Source of the DNA: Anaerolineae bacterium
GTDB lineage: Bacteria > Chloroflexota > Anaerolineae > Promineifilales > Promineifilaceae
Assembly (NCBI GenBank): GCA_015486215.1
Contig: WFSA01000009.1
Location: 1-13,947, forward strand
DNA: 13,947 nt
Direction: 5' to 3'
This document shows, in pieces, positions 6,768-13,709 of the stretch. Positions within the stretch are counted from its first letter, which is position 1; every line of letters begins with the position of its first letter. Position numbers and translations under genes: made by a program. The notes below the pieces were generated by a model. It worked only from the letters and a program-made list of their open reading frames with translations, was not told the origin of the DNA and made no database searches.

Positions 6768-7434
6768 AACAGTCCCCTCCCCCTCCCCCACGCTGCGTAT
6801 TTTAATCGCTGACGACCACGCCATCGTCCGCGAAGGGCTGGAAGCGGTGATCGCCACCCAGCCAGATATGGCATTGGTGGGAACGGCCGTAAACGGAGTA
6901 GAAGCCGTCTCTCTAGCCGCACAGCTAAATCCCGACATGATCCTGATGGATTTGATGATGCCCCAGTTGGACGGATTAGCCGCTATTCAACAAATAACAA
7001 CCGCCAATCCAGCCGCCCGCATCCTCGTTCTCACCAGCTTCGCCGACGATGAACGGCTCTTTCCGGCCATCAAAGCGGGCGCGATGGGGTATCTGCTCAA
7101 AGACACCCTGCCCGCCGACCTGCTGCAAGCGATCCGCAATGTCGCTCAGGGAGAAACGTCCCTGCACCCGACCATCGCCCGCCGCATAATTCAAGAAATC
7201 CAACAGCCAGCCGCAAAAACGGCCGTTCCCGACCCCCTGACCGCCCGCGAAATGGAAACACTGCGCCTCATCGCTCGCGGCCTCACCAATAGGGAAATCG
7301 CCGCCGCGCTCACCATTCACCCCAAAACCGTCGCCAAATACGTCAGCACCATCCTGCAAAAACGGCACTTAGCCAACCGCACCCAAGCCGCCCTCTACGC
7401 ACTACGCGAAGGATTAGCCAGTTTAGACGAGTAA
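6757..7434 (+). CDS. NarL/FixJ-family response regulator with a REC receiver domain and a LuxR-type HTH.
   Basis: RILIADDHAIVREGL...MILMDLMMPQLDGL has the acidic pair and the phospho-acceptor Asp. LTAREMETLRLIARGLTNREIAAALTIHPKTVAKYVSTILQK is a LuxR/GerE HTH. ATG 6757 (MTHKTV...) overlaps the kinase stop, suggesting translational coupling. The alternative in-frame ATG 6745 gives MWYIMTHK. Confidence 0.85.
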   Translation: MTHKTVPSPSPTLRILIADDHAIVREGLEAVIATQPDMALVGTAVNGVEAVSLAAQLNPDMILMDLMMPQLDGLAAIQQITTANPAARILVLTSFADDERLFPAIKAGAMGYLLKDTLPADLLQAIRNVAQGETSLHPTIARRIIQEIQQPAAKTAVPDPLTAREMETLRLIARGLTNREIAAALTIHPKTVAKYVSTILQKRHLANRTQAALYALREGLASLDE

Positions 7435-7511
7435 TACACCGCTGCATACTATTTTCCTGATGGGATCAAAAGGTCAATTTCTTGAAGAAGTTGCCCTTTT
7501 TGGCGTGAGAA

Positions 7512-7553
7512 CTGGGTATAAATACCCACTCCAAAAGGCATCATTCTCCCCTA
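7512..7553 (+). promoter_or_regulatory. Conserved ~42-bp motif containing the palindrome GGGTAT-AA-ATACCC (7514-7527), followed by CACTCCAAAA...CATTCTCCCCT. This is copy 1 of 2.
   Basis: The second copy at 10185..10226 is CTGGGTAAAAATACCCACTCAAAA...TCATTCTCCCCTGTC. The palindromic core is conserved as 5-bp arms GGGTA/TACCC around 4 central A/T bases. It lies 78 bp downstream of the regulator stop and 134 bp upstream of the LamG gene ATG. Confidence 0.5.
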
Positions 7554-7653
7554 TCCATCGGGTATCGCCCCTTGTTACCATATAATGCATCCATTTATCG
7601 TACGGCAAAGTATGTGGGCAACGGCCGTAGTATCATTACAAGGAGCAGTAAGA

Positions 7654-8457
7654 ATGAAGAAAAAATGGTCAAACTCATTTTTATTATGCATATCATTAGT
7701 ACTACTCACTGGATCAAGTCTCATCAACGGGGAGTATTTCACCGCCAACATCGCCTTAGTCAACGCCAATGAGTCTGCCCAGCAAGGAGCGGTTGCATAC
7801 TGGAAGTGCGACGATGGATCGGGAACCGTCGCCAGCGACAGTTCTGGCAACGACCACGATGGAACTCTGGTCAGCACGACATGGACATCCGATGTCCCTC
7901 CCACCAGTTATGACAACCCCTCTGCCCTGCAATTTGATGGAGCAGACGATTATGTATTTGTGCCGGATGCTTCCGAATTACGCATCTCAAATAACTTTAC
8001 GTTGGCATTTTGGTTCAAATCAGGTTCGACAACGCAATCAGGTAAATATCTGTTGGCTCGGAATAGTACTGCCGCCAGCGATCAAATCGCCGTCATCTAT
8101 GAATACACAGAAGATGTGATTGAATTTTACGTGCAGGGATACAGTGGAGAGAATCCACGTTCTGGATCACAACTGCCTTTGGCAGACACAGAGTGGCATC
8201 ATATAGCGTATACCTACGATGGCACAACTTGGGCTGGGTATGTAGACGGTGTGCAAAAATTTGCAGTTTCCCGATCGTTTCTCTTGCCCACAGATGCTTT
8301 GGACGGCTGGTATATAGGTGCTGCCAGCACCATCACATCAGGACGTGTAAATGGCCGTATGGATGATGTGCGTATCTACCTCCATGCGCTCTCACCCATA
8401 GAAATCCAGATACTGACTGCATCCGACGCTGTTTACCTGCCTCTTGTCCTAAAATAG
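7654..8457 (+). CDS. Secreted LamG_3 / concanavalin-A-like lectin-fold protein (267 aa) with an N-terminal signal peptide.
   Basis: AAGGAG lies 8 nt upstream of ATG 7654, so I prefer this start over the listed 7585. The signal peptide is MKKKWSNSFLLCISLVLLTGSS. LamG_3 hallmarks are ALQFDGADDYVFVP, FTLAFWFK, WHHIAYTYDGTTWAGYVDG and MDDVRIYLHALSPIEI. Confidence 0.75.
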   Translation: MKKKWSNSFLLCISLVLLTGSSLINGEYFTANIALVNANESAQQGAVAYWKCDDGSGTVASDSSGNDHDGTLVSTTWTSDVPPTSYDNPSALQFDGADDYVFVPDASELRISNNFTLAFWFKSGSTTQSGKYLLARNSTAASDQIAVIYEYTEDVIEFYVQGYSGENPRSGSQLPLADTEWHHIAYTYDGTTWAGYVDGVQKFAVSRSFLLPTDALDGWYIGAASTITSGRVNGRMDDVRIYLHALSPIEIQILTASDAVYLPLVLK

Positions 8458-8467
8458 AAAATATGCC

Positions 8468-8579
8468 GTATCTTCTCAATAAATCGTGGACAAGAGTTGA
8501 CAAATTTCATCAGCACTTTATTTTACACGAGTATCATTAGGAAAATTTGTCAACTCTCCCCAGAATACTGAGAAGATAC
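8468..8579 (+). mobile_element. Intact 112-bp type-1 MITE-like element (copy C) between the LamG gene and the lipoprotein gene.
   Basis: The TIRs are GTATCTTCTCAATA (8468-8481) and TACTGAGAAGATAC (8566-8579). The internal inverted-repeat arms here are GAGTTGACAAATTT and AAATTTGTCAACTC. Relative to copies B and D this is a compensatory C>G / G>C pair. The flanks AAATATGCC (left) and AATACGCCC (right) look like a degenerate 8-bp target-site duplication. Confidence 0.75.
8497..8524 (+). promoter_or_regulatory. TTGACA-N16-TATTTT promoter module inside MITE copy C, reading toward the lipoprotein gene.
   Basis: TTGACA is at 8497-8502 and TATTTT at 8519-8524. This is the same module as in copies B and D. 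The lipoprotein ATG is 123 bp downstream and has a strong SD. Confidence 0.35.
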
Positions 8580-8646
8580 AATACGCCCATTAAAAAATTC
8601 GGGACTCGTTTCCCTCTAGCTCTAGCTATCAATAAAGGAGAAAACC

Positions 8647-10053
8647 ATGACTACAAGAAAAACTGTCTATATTTTTATATTTACCCTTCTTGCACTATCT
8701 ATCGCCGCTTGTAAATCAGAACAAGAAACGGACGATACGGCCGTTGCCGTTTCAGTTGCCCTGACACAAACAGCAGTTGTGCCGACAGCAGCAACGGCCG
8801 TTGCCCCAACCGTCGCCCCAGCCATAATTTCAGTTGAGCCGACAGAGCCGACAAAGCCGACAGAAGAAACGGCCGTGCCGACAGAAGCAGCCGAATCCCC
8901 AGCCGAAGAACTCGGTTTCATCACTGGCAGGGCGCATTTAATGGCTCCGCCAACACCTTCTTTAACCATCTACGCCGTCAATATCGCAACTGGCGAATGG
9001 GTTTCTGTAGACACGGCCGAAGCGGATGGCGAAGCTGCCTATACGCTGGAACTACCGTCAGGCTCCTATCATGTATTTGCTTCCTACGGCTTGGGCTACT
9101 CATCTGACAATAAAGGGTTAACTCCTGTCGTTGTCAACGCAGGGCAAACAACAACAGATATTACACTCTCTCCCCCTTCCCCATCCGATTGCGGCCCGAT
9201 GTTCGGCATTCCCGCCTCTCCAGATGGAGCGTATGCGGAAATTCCCGGCCCCTCAGAAGAATGTTCGTCATCTTCCGCCGCCCCAGCCCCAGCCGAAACC
9301 GAAGCAACGCGCATCCAATTCGCGCCCGGAGATGATTCTGCCCAGATTTTTGGCGACATCCTCCCTCATGGAGTTGACCATTACCTGATAAGCGCAGCGG
9401 CCGGGCAGGAAATGACAGTGAATGTTGATGTATTTGAAGACAACCCGATAACCCTCGCTATCGCAGGCGCAGATGGAACAATCCTCAATCAATACGATAC
9501 AGATACCACCACATGGACGGGCATACTTCCCTCTACACAAGAGTATTACATTGATATTCTCTCCAGATACGATCAAACGAGTATTGATTATGCGTTGGTA
9601 GTAATGATTCGCACGGTAGAAGAGACGAATAGCAGCTATCAGCCGCCCTCTCCATCAATCTGTCAAATTATTCAAGAGACAGCAAACGAGGCTGTCCCAG
9701 CCACCTTTACGCTGGAGTCCAGCGCACCTTTTATAGACCCCTCATCTGGAGAATCAGGGCTGGGATGCAGCTTGACGACAACTGGGAACGGGGTTGATTT
9801 TTCCAGCCCTAACGATGTAATAACCAGCTTGGTACACGCCTTTATCGGATGGGAGGAACAAGCGGCATATCAGGCGGATGGGCCGACTGGATCGGCAACG
9901 GGAATGACCCGCGATATGGGCTTGCTGTTAATTAACGCAGAGTGGGAAGCGGCACCAGAAGTACAATGTCCCTCAGATCAACCCATATCAGCTTGCAGCA
10001 TCAATCCAGAACAAAAACTATACACCATTCATATACAAGTCGCGCAAAAGTAA
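8647..10053 (+). CDS. Lipoprotein with a Pro/Thr/Ala-rich linker, a CarboxypepD_reg-like beta-sandwich domain and a PPC (pre-peptidase C-terminal)-like domain. Its function is unknown.
   Basis: AAGGAG lies 8 nt upstream of ATG 8647. The signal peptide carries a lipobox (LLALSIAAC, Cys22). The linker is low-complexity PT/A-rich (VAPTVAPAIISVEPTEPTKPTEE). ITGRAHLM...IYAVNIATGEWVSVDTAEADGEAAYTLELPSGSYHVF resembles a carboxypeptidase regulatory-like fold. ATRIQFAPGDDSAQIFGDILPHGVDHYLISAAAGQEMTVNV...YYIDILS resembles a PPC domain. Confidence 0.8.
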   Translation: MTTRKTVYIFIFTLLALSIAACKSEQETDDTAVAVSVALTQTAVVPTAATAVAPTVAPAIISVEPTEPTKPTEETAVPTEAAESPAEELGFITGRAHLMAPPTPSLTIYAVNIATGEWVSVDTAEADGEAAYTLELPSGSYHVFASYGLGYSSDNKGLTPVVVNAGQTTTDITLSPPSPSDCGPMFGIPASPDGAYAEIPGPSEECSSSSAAPAPAETEATRIQFAPGDDSAQIFGDILPHGVDHYLISAAAGQEMTVNVDVFEDNPITLAIAGADGTILNQYDTDTTTWTGILPSTQEYYIDILSRYDQTSIDYALVVMIRTVEETNSSYQPPSPSICQIIQETANEAVPATFTLESSAPFIDPSSGESGLGCSLTTTGNGVDFSSPNDVITSLVHAFIGWEEQAAYQADGPTGSATGMTRDMGLLLINAEWEAAPEVQCPSDQPISACSINPEQKLYTIHIQVAQK

Positions 10054-10115
10054 AGAGCGGCAACAGGACGATTACACTCTCGTCTTTTACAGAAAATTGA
10101 GTTGATCTTGTTTTG

Positions 10116-10176
10116 AAATTGGACACTGATCACACTGATTTCACTGATTTTTATCTGTGCAATCAGTGTCCAATTT
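10116..10176. promoter_or_regulatory. 15-bp inverted repeat (AAATTGGACACTGAT / ATCAGTGTCCAATTT) enclosing three direct CACTGAT repeats at 9-bp spacing. It is iteron-like and possibly a terminator.
   Basis: The arms are at 10116-10130 and 10162-10176. CACTGAT occurs at 10124, 10133 and 10142, with a reverse-complement copy ATCAGTG at 10162-10168. It sits 63 bp after the lipoprotein stop and ~85 bp before the receiver ORF. The RNA stem would end in AAUUU/UUUUG. Confidence 0.45.
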
Positions 10177-10184
10177 TGCAAGAG

Positions 10185-10226
10185 CTGGGTAAAAATACCC
10201 ACTCAAAACCCACTCATTCTCCCCTG
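10185..10226 (+). promoter_or_regulatory. Copy 2 of the GGGTA-N4-TACCC motif (GGGTAAAAATACCC at 10187-10200), 68 bp upstream of the ATG of the receiver ORF.
   Basis: See 7512..7553. A possible -10 TATATC lies at 10240-10245. Confidence 0.5.
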
Positions 10227-10260
10227 TCAAAGAGAGGTGTATATCTGCTAATTTTGTAGT

Positions 10261-10632
10261 ATGAACACAAAACAGATCACCATCCTCATTATCGCACCAG
10301 CAGGACGTATGGCCGACACGCTTTCTGTGTTATTGAAATCCAATACTCAGATCACGCTGCTCGGCCAAATTGCCGATCCAGATGTCGGCCTGCGTCTGAT
10401 TGTTGAACGCCAGCCCGATGCTGTGATCATAGACGCAAATTTACCCGACAATGCCGTTTGGCCGCTTTTATCACAATTAAAAACGGCCGTTCCCCACACC
10501 CGCCGCTTCGTTCTGATCCACTCATCCCAACAAAGAAAACAGGTCAAAACCACAGGTGCTGACACTATATCCGCATCTGAATGTAATGCTAAAAAATTGT
10601 TTTTAGGAATGGGAATTTTATCTTCTCAATGA
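10261..10632 (+). CDS. Atypical receiver (REC)-like single-domain protein, 123 aa. It may be a MITE-truncated response-regulator remnant or pseudo-receiver.
   Basis: ITILIIAPAGRMADTLSVLL...PDAVIIDANLPD has a REC-like fold signature and a conserved Asp at the DANLP position, but the N-terminal acidic pair (DD) is replaced by AP. The last 4 codons and the TGA (10618-10632) lie inside a decayed MITE TIR (TTATCTTCTCAATGA). I see no SD. Confidence 0.45.
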   Translation: MNTKQITILIIAPAGRMADTLSVLLKSNTQITLLGQIADPDVGLRLIVERQPDAVIIDANLPDNAVWPLLSQLKTAVPHTRRFVLIHSSQQRKQVKTTGADTISASECNAKKLFLGMGILSSQ

Positions 10633-10696
10633 AAGGGCAAAAGAGCTGATAGATTTCATCAAAGCCTCTCAATTTACACGAGTACCACAAAAAAAC
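10618..10696 (+). mobile_element. Decayed type-1 MITE relic (copy E), keeping the left TIR and part of the spacer.
   Basis: TATCTTCTCAAT...GATTTCATCA...CAATTTACACGAGTACCAC resembles GTATCTTCTCAAT...AATTTCATCA...TTATTTTACACGAGTATCAT of the intact element. The right half is missing and replaced by the 118-bp inverted-repeat element at 10697. Confidence 0.4.
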
Positions 10697-10814
10697 CTAG
10701 TTCTAGCGGATTTTGTTGCTGCCTGATTTGATGCCATTTTAAAGCAATACTCGCGTCATTTTTGGACGAAATTTACTATCAAAAACTATCAGCAACAAGA
10801 AACGCTAGAACCAG
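10697..10814. repeat. 118-bp element with ~25-bp imperfect terminal inverted repeats (CTAGTTCTAGCGGATTTTGTTGCTG / CAGCAACAAGAAACGCTAGAACCAG). It is a possible second MITE type inserted into the relic E spacer.
   Basis: The arms 10697-10721 and 10790-10814 are reverse complements at ~21 of 25 positions. The insertion point in relic E, just after CACGAGTA..CA, corresponds to the type-2 insertion point in copy A. Confidence 0.35.
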
Positions 10815-10985
10815 ATAAATTACTCCTTTATCAATACTGTTTTTGTACAGCGTACAAGGATATTATCCGCAGATTTCACAGATCGACGCAGATTAAAAAA
10901 GGTTAAAAATCTGCGCCAATCTGCGGATCGTTCTTCACCCAATTCCAAACACAGAATTGATCGGCTGGAAAACAGCCGTTCTCCT

Positions 10986-12770
10986 CTAGCTATCGCTCTT
11001 ACTCTTACTCATCTGCTCACGCAGAACCATCGCCAACAACCCATCCACCATCCCGTTCCCCCCGCCCTGTCCACTCTGGACAGCGATGTCAGGAATAATG
11101 CGGACATCCTGCTCGCCGATGATCTGCATGAGTTGAACGGCCGTATACCCATCACCCCCCAGCGCTTCCACGCCCACCCGGTACGCATCCGCCTGCGCCT
11201 GCCCCATGCTGCGAATCGCTTCCGATTCACCCATTGAGCGCAACTTGATCGCCTCAGCATCACCTTCCGCCTTCTTTACCGTAGAATGCGCTTCCAGTTC
11301 AGCGATTTGCACCCCTTTCTCAGAGCGCACCATCTCGTGCTGAATGTCAGCCATCGAAGTTGCCCGCACGAGCAATTGCCGCTGCTCTTGCGCCATCTGC
11401 TGCACCTCATACGTCTTACGCTCTTCCTCCGCGATCTTGCGGTCAGTTTGCGTAACCATCAGCTTTTCGGGCGGCGTAATGTCGCCGATCAGCGTGTCAA
11501 TCGCCTGCACATCATACGCGCTGATGGCGGTACGGATATGCGAAGCCGCTTCCGCTTGCCGCTCACTGCGTGCGCTCAAAAAGTCCAATACCGTGTATTC
11601 CTGCGCCGAGTTGCGGAAGTAGTTGCCGACAATCGGCTGCAACACATGGTCAACCAGATTTTGCACTGCACCCACGCGGGAAATCACCTTTGGCGCGTCG
11701 AGCGCACCGATATGGATGATTTGGGCGACATCCAGATTGAACGCAAAGCCATCTTGCGAACGCACCGTAATCGGGGCTAAACGGGTGTCGTATGAATGTT
11801 CTTCCGTCCGCCGCGCCCAGTTCAAGACAATATTGGTCGTCGGTACTAATTCAATTTTTAAGATGCGTGTGTTCAACGGATGCTTGCCCGGATAAAGCGG
11901 CGTAACCCACACCCCTTTGTGTCCCGGATCAACTAAATTGCCATGACGGAAGCCGGCCCCGCTCACGTCCTGATGCACTTTGCCGACGAAGGCGATGACG
12001 ATACCAACGTGACCAATCGGTATTTCAGTCATCCGTACTTGTTCCACATTAACAAACCACGGGTTCAGATTCCATGCGCCAGAGAGCAAAATCTGCTCTT
12101 GCAAGCCGCGACGGCCGTTGTTATTGAGGAACTTTTGCGGCTCTTGGAAATTCTCATGGTCAAAAACCGTCTGCCCCGCAATTTCGCCCTCATCAATAGG
12201 TGCGCCGTCTAAAGCGGTGATGATGCCAACCATGTCGGAGGCAATGGTATACACCTGCAACTGTTGCGGGGTCATGTGATATGATTCCGCATTGCTGGCG
12301 GTGATGACAGAAAACAAGGCGGTGTTAATGCGATAGATGCCAGCTGTCAGGATGTCCAATTGCCGCCCTTTTTCGCCGCCATTCAGCAGAAATTTTTCCG
12401 CATTCTGGAAGCTGTTGCATTCCACAACCTGTCCTAAAATACGGCTGGGAGGGGGCGTTCTGCCGTCAGCAGCCACAATAAGCCCAATCTGCCCTTGCGG
12501 AATGCGAATGACGGGTACTTTTTTCACCGAGAACCGCCACGGATGGAAGCCGAAGTGCCAGCCAGGAGACAAAGTTGCCGCCTGATAGCCAGCTTCCCCT
12601 TTCAGGGCAATATGCCTGCCCGCCGCCAACGCGGGGCCAAGCTTCTTAACGACGATGCCCACTTCCCGCTCACCAATGATCACCAATCCGAACAGGGATT
12701 TACTGAAGATAACAACGAATACTAAAATGATTAGGCCGACGAAAACGGCCGTTACTGCTATGTTAAACAT
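10986..12770 (-). CDS. Flotillin-like SPFH (band-7) domain membrane protein of the YqiK/FloT family, ~594 aa.
   Basis: The N-terminal TM is MFNIAVTAVFVGLIILVFVVIF. The SPFH core is GIVVKKLGP...IRIPQGQIGLIVAADG... and continues to ...FNLDVAQIIHIGALDAPKVI. The C-terminal region is Ala/Glu/Gln-rich coiled-coil (EAAS...QMAQEQRQLLVRA...ELEAHSTVKKAEGDAEAIKL). GGAG lies ~9 nt upstream of ATG 12770, so I prefer this start over the listed 12851. Confidence 0.8.
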   Translation of the reverse strand: MFNIAVTAVFVGLIILVFVVIFSKSLFGLVIIGEREVGIVVKKLGPALAAGRHIALKGEAGYQAATLSPGWHFGFHPWRFSVKKVPVIRIPQGQIGLIVAADGRTPPPSRILGQVVECNSFQNAEKFLLNGGEKGRQLDILTAGIYRINTALFSVITASNAESYHMTPQQLQVYTIASDMVGIITALDGAPIDEGEIAGQTVFDHENFQEPQKFLNNNGRRGLQEQILLSGAWNLNPWFVNVEQVRMTEIPIGHVGIVIAFVGKVHQDVSGAGFRHGNLVDPGHKGVWVTPLYPGKHPLNTRILKIELVPTTNIVLNWARRTEEHSYDTRLAPITVRSQDGFAFNLDVAQIIHIGALDAPKVISRVGAVQNLVDHVLQPIVGNYFRNSAQEYTVLDFLSARSERQAEAASHIRTAISAYDVQAIDTLIGDITPPEKLMVTQTDRKIAEEERKTYEVQQMAQEQRQLLVRATSMADIQHEMVRSEKGVQIAELEAHSTVKKAEGDAEAIKLRSMGESEAIRSMGQAQADAYRVGVEALGGDGYTAVQLMQIIGEQDVRIIPDIAVQSGQGGGNGMVDGLLAMVLREQMSKSKSDS

Positions 12771-12810
12771 AATTACTCCATATGAAAGATAACCTACTTC
12801 TAATCCCGCG

Positions 12811-13338
12811 CTATGAAAGCCTCGAGAACTGTTGTTGAATGCGTGTAACAATCATTCTTGCCTCAGCTTCTTCCACGCCGTCACCAAAGCGGTACGTTTT
12901 TGCCCCATAATCAAAAGTGATAGGGCCGTCCATCCTGTATATCATGCCTATAGAAGCACGTCCTCTACGCACTCGAGGTCTATCAACAACACGCAAATTC
13001 GATATGGACGCACAATCAAATGATCTCGTATGTCCGACACCCCATATCTGCCGCCGTATATGAAAAAGATCATAATCCACTTTGACAACCTCTTTCCCCA
13101 GCAGCATCCACAACAGTGACAGTATCGAAGAAAGGCCGACTAATCCCCATATCAATATAAACGGCCCGCCCTCAACCATTGTCGAAAACTCAAAAGTGAA
13201 GGCAAATGCCCAAAACATCAGCCATATTGGCAGAAACATCAATAATGACCACTCTTTACGGCTGGGTATGATAAATATTAGTTGATTGCCAAACTGCTCA
13301 ACATGATGTCGAGCAACTTCCGGCTGTATTACGGACAT
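12811..13338 (-). CDS. Small membrane protein (175 aa) with 2 TM helices and a C-terminal ~90-aa soluble domain. It is co-operonic and upstream of the flotillin gene and may be NfeD-like.
   Basis: GAGGAG lies ~9 nt upstream of ATG 13338. The hydrophobic segments are LLMFLPIWLMFWAFAFTF and FILIWGLVGLSSILSLLWMLL. It lies 40 bp upstream of the flotillin start. The NfeD assignment rests only on the known yuaF-floT / yqiJ-yqiK gene pairing. Confidence 0.6.
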   Translation of the reverse strand: MSVIQPEVARHHVEQFGNQLIFIIPSRKEWSLLMFLPIWLMFWAFAFTFEFSTMVEGGPFILIWGLVGLSSILSLLWMLLGKEVVKVDYDLFHIRRQIWGVGHTRSFDCASISNLRVVDRPRVRRGRASIGMIYRMDGPITFDYGAKTYRFGDGVEEAEARMIVTRIQQQFSRLS

Positions 13339-13502
13339 AAAAAAAACTCCTCTAGCTTACAGATCATATTCGTAGGCTTAACGAATATATTTGACTGTCA
13401 TTCCTGCCTTCGCTGAGCCCGCCCTCGTCGAGATGGGGGAATGACAAACCGTTAAGTTTACAACAATGCTTACAGATAGATGCACGAATAGAAGCCGCTT
13501 TG

Positions 13503-13709
13503 GTATCTTCTTAGTATTCTGGGGAGACTTGACAAATTTTCCTAATGATACTCGTATAAAATAAAGTGCTGATGAAATTTGTCAAGTCTTGTCCATAATA
13601 CTTCGGGGTGAGTACAACAAATCAAGAAAGGAATAAATTGCATCAGTCGAGTCAACCTGCTCTTTTCCAAATCTGCTGTACTCATGTCCCCAGTTTTTTG
13701 AGAAGATAC
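13503..13709 (-). mobile_element. Chimeric MITE-like element (copy D) in reverse orientation, flanked by a perfect 9-bp target-site duplication GCCGCTTTG. It is a type-1 body (13503-13596) fused to a type-2 3' portion (13597-13709).
   Basis: The left TIR is GTATCTTCTTAGTATT and the right end is TTTTTTGAGAAGATAC. The 9-bp direct repeats are at 13494-13502 and 13710-13718. The internal inverted repeat is GACTTGACAAATTT / AAATTTGTCAAGTC. The segment 13597-13709 matches the type-2 element 1690-1814 in the same way (AATACTTCGGGGTGAGTACAAC...CCCCAGTTTTTTGAGAAGATAC). Confidence 0.7.
13558..13585 (-). promoter_or_regulatory. TTGACA-N16-TATTTT promoter module of MITE copy D on the minus strand, reading toward the NfeD-like/flotillin operon.
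   Basis: On the minus strand, TTGACA is at 13585-13580 and TATTTT at 13563-13558. The predicted leader to ATG 13338 is ~210 nt and contains a 9-bp-stem hairpin (13396-13404 / 13438-13446). Confidence 0.3.

Noticed and set aside
7585-7653. Listed upstream start of the LamG gene (MHPFIVRQSMWATAVVSLQGAVR).
   Set aside because: A perfect AAGGAG sits 8 nt before the internal ATG 7654, which begins a canonical signal peptide (MKKKWSNSF...). The extension has no SD and overlaps a TATAAT-like box.
8667-9576. Minus-strand ORFs 8667..8969, 9096..9359 and 9268..9576, plus the + strand ORF 9131..9388, inside the lipoprotein gene.
   Set aside because: They overlap the long lipoprotein frame. Their low-complexity Ala/Gly/Val or Pro/Gln composition mirrors the PT/A linker on the opposite strand or the alternative frame.
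10116-10176. Possible CRISPR array or tandem-repeat locus (CACTGAT x3).
   Set aside because: The repeats are only 7 bp with 2-bp spacers and no repeat-spacer architecture. There are no cas genes. I treat it as an iteron-like or terminator structure instead.
11286-11780. ORFs antisense to the flotillin gene: 11286..11780, 11344..11622, 11623..11895, 11943..12212, 12337..12585 and 12495..12725.
   Set aside because: All are embedded in the 1.8-kb SPFH coding frame on the other strand. They are Arg/Cys/Ser-rich with no domain signatures.
12771-12851. Listed upstream start of the flotillin gene (MLHAFNNSSRGFHSAGLEVGYLSYGVI).
   Set aside because: GGAG lies ~9 nt before ATG 12770, which starts the TM helix MFNIAV.... 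The extension would overlap the 3' end of the upstream gene.
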